33,620 nucleotides of DNA, taken from positions 1 to 33,620 of IMG/VR virus record IMGVR_UViG_3300030376_001467. One strand, given 5' to 3'. Position numbers and translations under genes: made by a program. This DNA comes from a virus. Its lineage: Duplodnaviria > Caudoviricetes. The notes beneath the pieces are model-generated. The model saw only the letters and a program-made list of their open reading frames with translations. It did no database searches and was not told where the DNA came from. This document shows, in pieces, positions 25,736-33,620 of the stretch; the first letter of the stretch is position 1, and each line of letters opens with the position of its first letter.

Positions 25736-28700
25736 ATGGTTTATAAATTAACACCATATAGAAATCAGTTAAATTTAGGGCCAGAATTATCTGATCCTAA
25801 TGTTCCTTTTTTGTCTACAGTTGGCGCATCTCTTGGCTATACATATGATCCATTAATTGAATATCTTGTAAATAATAAAAAATTTGGAGATGATAGTGTT
25901 GATTTAAGTTATTCCCCTAAAGATGATTTAAAGGGTTATGAGCAATACGGTTCTTCTTTGCTTTATGCAAAAAACGCAGATCATATGAAATCTTTAAAAA
26001 GAGGTATTAATGAAAATATAAAACGCAGGGAAATTTTAGAAAATTCTAGTTTTTGGTCACAAATAGGAGCGGCTATTTTTGATCCAATTAATTTAGTTAC
26101 AATACCTTTAGGCGGCCCTTCTCTTACTATAGGTAAAACTTTTGCTAGAGGTGCTATTGGAGTTGGAGGATTACAAACAGGATTAGAAGCTATTCGTTAT
26201 CCAGTTGATCCATTAGCTACTGTAAGTGAGTCTGCTCTTAATATTGGATTTGCTGCTGTAACTGGTGGATTGTTAACAAGTGCAATTTCTGTTCCTGCTA
26301 GAACAAGGACTAATGCTTTTAATCGTATGATTGATGATGCTCAAAAAGCGCAGAATGAACAAGCTGATTTAGATAATATAAATTTAATGATGGGTAATAA
26401 TACACTATCTAAAGCTCAATTAAAATCTGCAAGAAACAAATTTCAAAATAAAACAACAGAAGATTTAAGAGTTGAGCGAGAAAAAATTTCTAAAAAAATA
26501 AATGATTTAAATATTAAATTAGGAGAACCAGATCCAGAAATAATGCCAGTTGATATAATTGGCAAAGCTAAAGCTGAAAAATCAAAAACTTATCAAACAA
26601 AAAGATTAGTTAGTATAGATAATGAACTTGGGATAAGACATTTAGAAATTAAAAATACAGTTTCTACTGATAAATATGCTATTGCCTCTGGTGGTTGGAT
26701 AGGCAATTTAATTAGCACTCCTATAAAAAGAACTCTTGGAGCGGATAATATAGATTTTGCAAAAAAAACTATGTTAGAAATGGCAAGTGATAGTGGTATT
26801 TTATTAAATCTTCATAAATTAGGTATGACATTAGCTCCTTCTATTTATCAAAGGGCAGTAATTAAAAATGGAGAATGGGTACAAGTATATCAAAAAACAT
26901 TAAAAGAATGGGGAGATCAAATTGATACTGAAGCTAAAACTTTTCTTGGAGTTAATACATCTGAATTAGCAGTAAGAGCAGAAAATTTAACTAAAAGACC
27001 AAACGCAAGGCAAACATTTAATGATTTTTTAATTGAAGCAAATAGAAAAAGAACATTTGGAGAGGAAGGTATTACTGTTCCAGAAAAAAATGCAATTAAA
27101 GAATTAGATAAATTTTTTACTAAATGGGAAGTAAGATTAAAAGCTACTGGTCAAATAGGAGAAGATTTAAATATTAAAAAATTAATTGACGATTCTGAAA
27201 TTGAACTTCAAAGATTAAAAAATGCTTTAGAAGATTTAAAAAAACGAGAGCCTAATGCCGCTAGGTATAGAACAAAATTTTTTGAAGATAAAATAAAAAG
27301 AAAACAAAGTGAAATATCTGAACATACTCTTTCTTTGCAAGCAAAAGAAGGAACTACTCCATTAGGAGAAAAATCTTTTCTTCCTAGATATTGGGATAAA
27401 AATTATATTAAGAAAAATAGAGAAGATTTTGAAAAAATTATATTTAAATGGTATAAAGACAACCCTGTTATTTGGTCTAAAGATAAAAATAATAAATGGA
27501 ATCAAATTAATTTAAGTGATGATACAGATGCTATTGCTGATAGAGTAAAGAAAACTGTTGATAATATATTAAATATAGCAGATGGCGAAGATGTGCCAAA
27601 TGTAGGTGCAGGAAAATCAAAACATTTTAAACACAGAGAGCTAGATATTCCTAATCAATTAGTTTGGGATTATATTGTGCAAGATCCAATAGCTATTATG
27701 AAAGGATATACTCATAAAGTAGCAGGAAAATATGAGTTTGCTAAAATGTATAACGGCAAAAGCGTTGAAGATGTAATGGATGATGTTACGGAAGAAATGT
27801 ACGCAGCAGGGAAAACGGAAAAAGAAGCATTGGCTTGGAGAAAAGATTATTATCATATGCATCAAAGGGTTGTTGGCTCTACATTAGAAAGAAGTCCTGA
27901 CGCTTGGGATAATCAAATTGCTTATTATTTAAGGGAAGCAGCACAACTTAATTATTTAGGTAGCGCAGGAATATCAGCTATACCAGATTTTGCTAAAATT
28001 ATGATGGAACATGATTGGAAAGATATAATTAAAGGGTTGCAAGCTTTATTATCTGACAACAAAGTTACATTAAAAGGTAATGAAGCTAAACTTGTTGGTG
28101 AAGCTATCGAGCTAATTCAAGGTAATTCACATTTTAGAATGGTAGAAGATATTACTAATGATGTTAATGCTTCTACTAAATATGATAAAATTAAAAATAC
28201 TTTTTATCTTGCTAATGGTTTAGCCCCAATAACACATTTAGCAAAAACACTAGACTCTGTTATTCGTGGACACTCTTTAATTGATATGTCTAGGAAGTTA
28301 GCTATGCCAGAAAAATATGGAAAAGCTACAAAATTAGAAATATCTTATTTAGCTCGATATAATATAGATGCAAGAATAGCGGCTAAAATAGCTGCTACTC
28401 CATATGAAACAACAGCTAATGGATTAATATTACCTAATACTTTAAAATGGGAAACATCGCCAAAAGTAGATGATGAAACATTAACAACATTTAGAACTGC
28501 GTTACAGAGCGGTATACTAAACACTGTTATTATGGGTACACCTGCTGATAAACCTATTATAGTTGACGGTGTTGCTTATATTCCTATGAGTGTTGCAAAT
28601 AAATTTGGTATGCCAGAGCATAGAGTAGTTAAAGGATACGCTAGAATAGAAAGCGGTTTGCTCGGTTTGCCATTCCAATTTTATAGTTATGCTTTAGGTG

Positions 28701-29182
28701 CTGTAAATAAAATAACAATGTCTGCTGCTCAAGGTCAAATGAAAAATAGAACTGTTGGTTTAGCAATGTCTCTTGGACTTGGCATGATGGCAGTACAAAT
28801 TAAAACTCCTGATTGGGCATTTGATGAAATGACTTGGAGAGATTGGTTTGCTAGAGGGTTTGATCAAAGTGGTATTGCTGCTTTGTATTCGGATATGTTT
28901 TATCAATCACTGCATACAGGACTTGCTCTTAGTGGTAAAAATATAACTGGCGGTTTAATACAGCCTAAGTTTCCATCTGATGATGCTTATGGTGCTACGA
29001 TAGGATTAGGTGGTGCAGGGCCAAGCATTGGGTATGATTATCTTGAGGCTCTTAAAGATATGATAGCAGGAGATTTTTCCGAAGGAGCTAAAAATTTAAT
29101 AAGAACTTTACCTTTTATGCGGCTTTGGTTTGCAAAAGGTACAATCAATGAATTAACTAAAAGCTTTGAGGATTGGTTTTAA
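25736..29182 (+). CDS. Large internal virion (ejection) protein, gp16 position
   Basis: DP.NL + Gly/Ala hydrophobic segment, FLPRYWD, QFYSY, C-terminal P..N/L pattern. Confidence 0.7.
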   Translation: MVYKLTPYRNQLNLGPELSDPNVPFLSTVGASLGYTYDPLIEYLVNNKKFGDDSVDLSYSPKDDLKGYEQYGSSLLYAKNADHMKSLKRGINENIKRREILENSSFWSQIGAAIFDPINLVTIPLGGPSLTIGKTFARGAIGVGGLQTGLEAIRYPVDPLATVSESALNIGFAAVTGGLLTSAISVPARTRTNAFNRMIDDAQKAQNEQADLDNINLMMGNNTLSKAQLKSARNKFQNKTTEDLRVEREKISKKINDLNIKLGEPDPEIMPVDIIGKAKAEKSKTYQTKRLVSIDNELGIRHLEIKNTVSTDKYAIASGGWIGNLISTPIKRTLGADNIDFAKKTMLEMASDSGILLNLHKLGMTLAPSIYQRAVIKNGEWVQVYQKTLKEWGDQIDTEAKTFLGVNTSELAVRAENLTKRPNARQTFNDFLIEANRKRTFGEEGITVPEKNAIKELDKFFTKWEVRLKATGQIGEDLNIKKLIDDSEIELQRLKNALEDLKKREPNAARYRTKFFEDKIKRKQSEISEHTLSLQAKEGTTPLGEKSFLPRYWDKNYIKKNREDFEKIIFKWYKDNPVIWSKDKNNKWNQINLSDDTDAIADRVKKTVDNILNIADGEDVPNVGAGKSKHFKHRELDIPNQLVWDYIVQDPIAIMKGYTHKVAGKYEFAKMYNGKSVEDVMDDVTEEMYAAGKTEKEALAWRKDYYHMHQRVVGSTLERSPDAWDNQIAYYLREAAQLNYLGSAGISAIPDFAKIMMEHDWKDIIKGLQALLSDNKVTLKGNEAKLVGEAIELIQGNSHFRMVEDITNDVNASTKYDKIKNTFYLANGLAPITHLAKTLDSVIRGHSLIDMSRKLAMPEKYGKATKLEISYLARYNIDARIAAKIAATPYETTANGLILPNTLKWETSPKVDDETLTTFRTALQSGILNTVIMGTPADKPIIVDGVAYIPMSVANKFGMPEHRVVKGYARIESGLLGLPFQFYSYALGAVNKITMSAAQGQMKNRTVGLAMSLGLGMMAVQIKTPDWAFDEMTWRDWFARGFDQSGIAALYSDMFYQSLHTGLALSGKNITGGLIQPKFPSDDAYGATIGLGGAGPSIGYDYLEALKDMIAGDFSEGAKNLIRTLPFMRLWFAKGTINELTKSFEDWF

Positions 29183-29216
29183 TTGTGCGTTGCAAGCAAT
29201 ATGCTTGCATTATAAG
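29183..29216 (+). promoter_or_regulatory. TTGTGCGTTG motif + CATTAT with overlapping inverted repeat (candidate promoter for tail fibre and downstream operon)
   Basis: 10-mer at 29183; TGCAAGCA-ATA-TGCTTGCA at 29191-29209. Confidence 0.6.
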
Positions 29217-29235
29217 GCAAAAAAAAGAGGTTTAG

Positions 29236-32200
29236 ATGACTATTAATTTATCAGAAAATACACCTAGAATTTCCTACACTGTAGCAGCAGGTGCTACACA
29301 ACAAACATTTACTATACCTTTTGAGTTTTATGTCGATGCAAATATAAAAGTTTACGTTGACGGTACATTAAAAACATTAACTACTCATTATACAATAACA
29401 GGTGGTGATGGAACAACTGGTTCTGTTGTTTTTAAAACTGCTGGATCTGGAGAAACACAACAAGTATTAGGTGCAAGCGGTGGATCTACTGTTACTATTG
29501 TAAGATCAATAGCATTAAGTAGAACAACAGATTTTCCTGTTTCTGGTGCATTTCAAATTACTTCTTTAAATACTGAGCTTGATAGATTTGTAGCTATATC
29601 TTCTGAGATTAGTGATAAAACAAATAGATCATTACATTTATCAGATTATGATACTGGAACTTTAGAGTTACCATCTAGTTCTAGTCGTGCAAATAAAATG
29701 TTAGCGTTTGATGCTAGCGGTAATATAACAACAGGACAACCAGTAGTGCCTTACACTGCTGCCGAAGTTAGAGCGCTTGTTGAAAGCGCAACAGACAGTA
29801 ATGTATTTACTGATGCAGACCATACTAAATTAAATAGTACTAATATATTTACTGATAGTGATCATAGCAAGCTTGATGCTATTGAAGCTAACGCTACTGC
29901 TGATCAAACTAATGCTGAAATAAGAACAGCAATAGAAGCAGCTAGCGATAGTAATGTATTTACAGATGCAGATCACAGTAAACTTAATGCAATAGAAGCT
30001 AGTGCAACCGCAGATCAAACTGCTGCTGAAATTAGAACATTAGTTGAAAGTGCTTCTGATAGTAATGTGTTTACTGACGCTGATCACAGCAAATTAAACG
30101 CAATAGAAGCTTCAGCTGATGTAACAGATACCGCAAATGTTGTTGCTGCATTATCTGCTGGAACAGGTGTGGGTATTTCAAACGCTGGTGAAATTAGTGT
30201 TACAGCAGTAGCTTTAGTAACAGTGCAAACCGCAAACAGTCAATCAGCACATTTAGCTTTAACAACTCAAGAAGGTGACGTTGTAGTTCGCTCAGATGAA
30301 AACAAATCATATATGCACAATGGTGGTACTGCTGGCTCGATGTCAGATTTCACTTTACTTGCAACACCCACTGATGCGGTGCTTAGTGTTAATGGGAACA
30401 CTGGTGCTATAAGTGCAGCGCAAATTGCAACAGCTGTTGAAGCTGCATCTAATTCAAATACCTTTACCGATGCTGACCATAGTAAATTGAATGCAATTGA
30501 AGCCAGTGCGGATGTAACAGATGCAACTAATGTTGCTGCTGCTGGTGCGTTAATGAAGTCTGGTGGCACTATGGCCGCTCCTATTTTACTACAAAATGGA
30601 GACACAAGTAATCCATCCATAGGCAACCATGATGATGCAAATACTGGTTTATATTTTCCTATTCAAGATGGGCTTGGGCTTGTTGCTGGAGGTAGTGAAA
30701 AACTTACAATTAAATCTACAGGCATAGATGTTACTGGAATAGCAACGCTTGGTGTAGATGGAGATGCAACTTTAGCTACATTTATTGGAGCGGAAGTTAA
30801 GTTTCATCCAACGTCTGGTGGCGCGGTTGTTCAAATAGGTGCTGCTGGCAATGGTAATTTATCAAGTAGAATTTATTTTCAAGCAGATACTTCAGCCTTT
30901 ACTGAAAGCTGGGAAATAGAAGCTTCAGTTAGTGCTACAGATAATAGCGGTGATTTAAATTTATCTTTCCAAGCTGCTAATGATTCGTCTGCTGGCATGG
31001 ATTTATTTATACCAATGACATCAAACGCTGATGTAGCTGGTGGTTACTTAGCACCTAAGACTACAGCTTTTGTTGACCTTGGTACTGCTTCTAAGGAATG
31101 GAGAGATTTACATTTATCGGGTGCATTAACAGCATCTGGACTTACTGTAGACGGTGGTGGCTCTCGACAATATATTAACTCGGGCCACTTGCGATTATCT
31201 GACGATTACAATCTAGAGTGGGGCGGTGGTACAAACTACATTAGAGGTAACAATTCTAGTGGAGCTATGTCAGTGGTGGCAGCAGGAGACATTACTCTTG
31301 ATGCGGCAGGAGATAATTGGTATTTTAAAAAATCAGGAACAACTCTATTAGATATACAAAAAGACGGAAACAATGTTGAGTTTATAAACAGGATTGGTGA
31401 CGGTGATTTACTATTTAAAGGCATTGATAACAGTAGTGTTATAACAGCCCTTACATTGGATATGTCAGAAGCAGGTAAAGCTACCTTTAATCAAGGTATT
31501 GTTGCTGGAGCTTCAACTGCTGGTGATTGGGGTTTAATTTTAAAAACAGCATCTAATGATACTTTTAAAATAACTACTGCGGATACTGGGTCAGCATTAG
31601 CAGCACATACAACACTTACAAATTCAGATGGTAATGTTTATTTTAAAGTGGGAACTGAAAATGCTTTAACATTAGGTCTTAATGGAGGGGTTGACCTTTA
31701 TTATAATAATGAATTGAAATTTTATACACACACATCTGGTGCTACTGTACAATCTGATTTAAGTTTATACAGTACAGACGCAACTGCTAGTAATGGCCCA
31801 GATTTAATACTTACTAGAAATTCTGCTACTCCAGCTGCATCTGATGATTTAGGAAATATACAATTCTTTGGTGAAAGTAGTACAAGTGTTAGCACTCAAT
31901 ATGGTCATATAAGAAGTGAAATTTCTAGCCCGACTCAAGGCTCTGCAAAAGGAAATATGTATATTGACGCACTAGAAGGTGGCACTCTTTATACTGGCAT
32001 TGGAATACACGGCAAAGTAGCTAAATTATATTATTCTGATGGCGAGCGTTTGGCTACTAGCTCCGCTGGCATAGACATACAAGGCCGAGTGGGAATTGGA
32101 ACTTCTCCATCTACTCGTGGACAACTACACGTTCACAATGCAACAGATAATGCTAGAGCGGCAATACAATTAACTAGCAATGAAACTGGTGCTGGTGTTA

Positions 32201-33531
32201 GTGATGGCTTTGCAATTCAAGTTACTCCAAATGAGGCAAACGGAGACTTAGAAGCCGCACTTACTCAGTTTGAAAATGCCGCGATGATATTTCATACTAA
32301 TAATACAGAACGTATGCGCATCACCAATACTGGTTATGTTTCTATGGCAGGGGCGGCTGATGTTCGTTTAACTTTAGGGTCTCAAGGTACTGAAGGGAAC
32401 AACGATGCAAACTGGGTAAGAGGTAACGGGACTTCTTTAAGTTATAATGCAGCTTCTGCTAACCATATCTGGGAAATTGGTGGTGATGAAAAAATGCGCA
32501 TCGACAGCTCAGGCAACGTGGGAATTGGTGGTAGCCCTGTAGCTACTGCATCTGCTTATGATGGTGCTTCTTTACACCTAAGACAAGAAGCTAGTTCTAA
32601 AGGTTCACAACTACATCTCACTAACGCTGCCACGGGTGACGCTGCTGGTAATGGCGCACATATATCTATGTGGCATGACGATGATTTATACATCACTAAC
32701 CAAGAATCTGATGGTCAAATTAAATTTGCTTCAGGTGGTAATTCAGACGCTTTAGTTATCGACAGCTCAGGCAAAGTGGGAATTGGAACGACTTCACCAA
32801 GTTCTTACTATTCAGATAATCTTGTTGTTAGTTCACCTTCTGAGGGTGGTATAACTCTAGCTTCTACTTCAACTTCTAATGCGAACTATATAATGTGGGC
32901 TGATGGCACATCTGGTGCTGATGCTTACAGAGGTTATATAGGTTATAATCATTCTACAAACGCTATGCAATTAGCCACTAATGGTGGTGTAGCCTTAACA
33001 ATTGACTCTACTTATAACGCTACATTTGCTGGAACAGCAACATTTGGAACTAATAACCCATCAACCCATGGTGTGGATAAAGTATTAAATGCAATATCTT
33101 CTGGCAGTTCTAACCAACAACTAGGTCTATACGATACATTGGCAGACTCCTCTACAAGATACTCAGCAGTATTTCATAGGGTAGGAACTAACGGAAGCAT
33201 GACTTGGGTTGGAAGTATTTCTAACAATAGTAGTTCTGTAGCTTTTAACACTTCTTCAGACTACAGGCTTAAAGAAAATGTATCTTATACATGGGATGCT
33301 ACAACTAGATTAAAAGGATTAAAGCCTTGTCGGTTTAATTTTATAGCTGATGATACAAATACTCTTGTTGATGGATTCCTAGCACATGAAGTTTCTGACT
33401 ATTGCCCACAGGCAGTTATGGAAGAAAAAGATGGCGATATAATGCAGTCAATAGACCACAGCAAACTCGTGCCACTACTAGTAAAAACAATACAAGAATT
33501 AGAAGCCAGAATAACAGCATTAGAAGGATAA
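29236..33531 (+). CDS. Tail fibre with T7-type N-terminal anchor and C-terminal intramolecular chaperone (peptidase S74-like)
   Basis: F.IPFEF, I.VYVDG, LNTELD at N-terminus; SDYRLKEN, GFLAHEV, ID.SKLVPLLVK.IQEL at C-terminus. Confidence 0.92.
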   Translation: MTINLSENTPRISYTVAAGATQQTFTIPFEFYVDANIKVYVDGTLKTLTTHYTITGGDGTTGSVVFKTAGSGETQQVLGASGGSTVTIVRSIALSRTTDFPVSGAFQITSLNTELDRFVAISSEISDKTNRSLHLSDYDTGTLELPSSSSRANKMLAFDASGNITTGQPVVPYTAAEVRALVESATDSNVFTDADHTKLNSTNIFTDSDHSKLDAIEANATADQTNAEIRTAIEAASDSNVFTDADHSKLNAIEASATADQTAAEIRTLVESASDSNVFTDADHSKLNAIEASADVTDTANVVAALSAGTGVGISNAGEISVTAVALVTVQTANSQSAHLALTTQEGDVVVRSDENKSYMHNGGTAGSMSDFTLLATPTDAVLSVNGNTGAISAAQIATAVEAASNSNTFTDADHSKLNAIEASADVTDATNVAAAGALMKSGGTMAAPILLQNGDTSNPSIGNHDDANTGLYFPIQDGLGLVAGGSEKLTIKSTGIDVTGIATLGVDGDATLATFIGAEVKFHPTSGGAVVQIGAAGNGNLSSRIYFQADTSAFTESWEIEASVSATDNSGDLNLSFQAANDSSAGMDLFIPMTSNADVAGGYLAPKTTAFVDLGTASKEWRDLHLSGALTASGLTVDGGGSRQYINSGHLRLSDDYNLEWGGGTNYIRGNNSSGAMSVVAAGDITLDAAGDNWYFKKSGTTLLDIQKDGNNVEFINRIGDGDLLFKGIDNSSVITALTLDMSEAGKATFNQGIVAGASTAGDWGLILKTASNDTFKITTADTGSALAAHTTLTNSDGNVYFKVGTENALTLGLNGGVDLYYNNELKFYTHTSGATVQSDLSLYSTDATASNGPDLILTRNSATPAASDDLGNIQFFGESSTSVSTQYGHIRSEISSPTQGSAKGNMYIDALEGGTLYTGIGIHGKVAKLYYSDGERLATSSAGIDIQGRVGIGTSPSTRGQLHVHNATDNARAAIQLTSNETGAGVSDGFAIQVTPNEANGDLEAALTQFENAAMIFHTNNTERMRITNTGYVSMAGAADVRLTLGSQGTEGNNDANWVRGNGTSLSYNAASANHIWEIGGDEKMRIDSSGNVGIGGSPVATASAYDGASLHLRQEASSKGSQLHLTNAATGDAAGNGAHISMWHDDDLYITNQESDGQIKFASGGNSDALVIDSSGKVGIGTTSPSSYYSDNLVVSSPSEGGITLASTSTSNANYIMWADGTSGADAYRGYIGYNHSTNAMQLATNGGVALTIDSTYNATFAGTATFGTNNPSTHGVDKVLNAISSGSSNQQLGLYDTLADSSTRYSAVFHRVGTNGSMTWVGSISNNSSSVAFNTSSDYRLKENVSYTWDATTRLKGLKPCRFNFIADDTNTLVDGFLAHEVSDYCPQAVMEEKDGDIMQSIDHSKLVPLLVKTIQELEARITALEG
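29752..30525 (+). repeat. About 37-aa tail-fibre shaft repeats (ADQTAAEIRTLVESASDSNVFTDADHSKLNAIEAS)
   Basis: Five FTDxDHxKL cores: four in 29752-30130 (one truncated unit) and one near 30412-30525. Confidence 0.9.
32500..32786 (+). repeat. 29-nt direct repeat (28/29 identical) at 32500-32528 and 32758-32786
   Basis: ATCGACAGCTCAGGCAA(C/A)GTGGGAATTGG encoding IDSSG(N/K)VGIG. Confidence 0.85.
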
Positions 33532-33565
33532 TATAAACTACTAACCAACCCCGAAAGGAAATAAA

Positions 33566-33620
33566 ATGACGGACAAAAAAACAAAAACTCCAGTCACTAT
33601 AGACGATACAGAATATATGC
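33566..33620 (+). CDS. 5' fragment of small protein MTDKKTKTPVTIDDTEYM, continuing at window start
   Basis: AAGGA RBS; in frame with ORF 1-233 through the terminal overlap. Confidence 0.7.
   Translation, partial: MTDKKTKTPVTIDDTEYM

Larger units (their letters stand above)
1..33620. mobile_element. Near-complete podovirus-type (Caudoviricetes) phage genome, probably circularly permuted
   Basis: Full TerS-TerL-portal-scaffold-capsid-tail tube A/B-internal virion-tail fibre module, divergent early arm, no cellular housekeeping genes, ends overlap in frame. Confidence 0.95.

Noticed and set aside
29752-30525. CRISPR-like array
   Set aside because: Repeats are in-frame coding repeats with synonymous divergence and no unique spacers; no cas genes
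11984-31424. Short antisense or alternate-frame ORFs inside structural genes
   Set aside because: Typical shadows of codon bias; no RBS or recognisable motifs
29236-33531. Diversity-generating retroelement acting on the tail fibre
   Set aside because: No reverse transcriptase and no ~100-nt repeat pair differing only at adenines was seen; fibre ends in an S74-like chaperone

Overview
The window is an essentially complete, AT-rich (roughly one-third GC by eye) tailed dsDNA phage genome with podovirus-type morphogenesis genes. The two ends overlap imperfectly (24/27 nt) inside one ORF, so it is probably circularly permuted. Two arms diverge from a control region at about 10.18-10.43 kb. The minus arm (10.2 to 4.8 kb) holds small early/recombination genes: YqaJ-like exonuclease, Rad52/Sak-like annealase, SSB-like protein, Hjc-type resolvase, several HTH/RHH proteins and a helicase loader/inhibitor-like protein. 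I see no DNA polymerase, primase, helicase, integrase or endolysin. The plus arm runs TerS, holin-like protein, TerL, T7-type portal, scaffold, GNAT, capsid, tail tube A/B, three internal virion proteins and a chaperone-bearing tail fibre. It then continues across the junction into the most unusual part, a tightly coupled six-gene operon of exported/membrane proteins (223-3445). This operon includes a pilin-like subunit, a PapD-like chaperone domain, an adhesin-like protein and two Cys-hairpin-Cys proteins, suggesting a phage-encoded usher-less fimbria/surface-assembly system. It is followed by a 27-aa metallothionein-like peptide absent from the ORF track and an HTH-metallophosphoesterase. 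Non-coding signals include a recurrent TTGTGCGTTG late-promoter-like motif and a hairpin cluster after terS whose loops are all DNA-type stable GNA/GNNA loops on one strand. All family calls are from motif recognition by eye, not database searches. A marine proteobacterial host is a guess.
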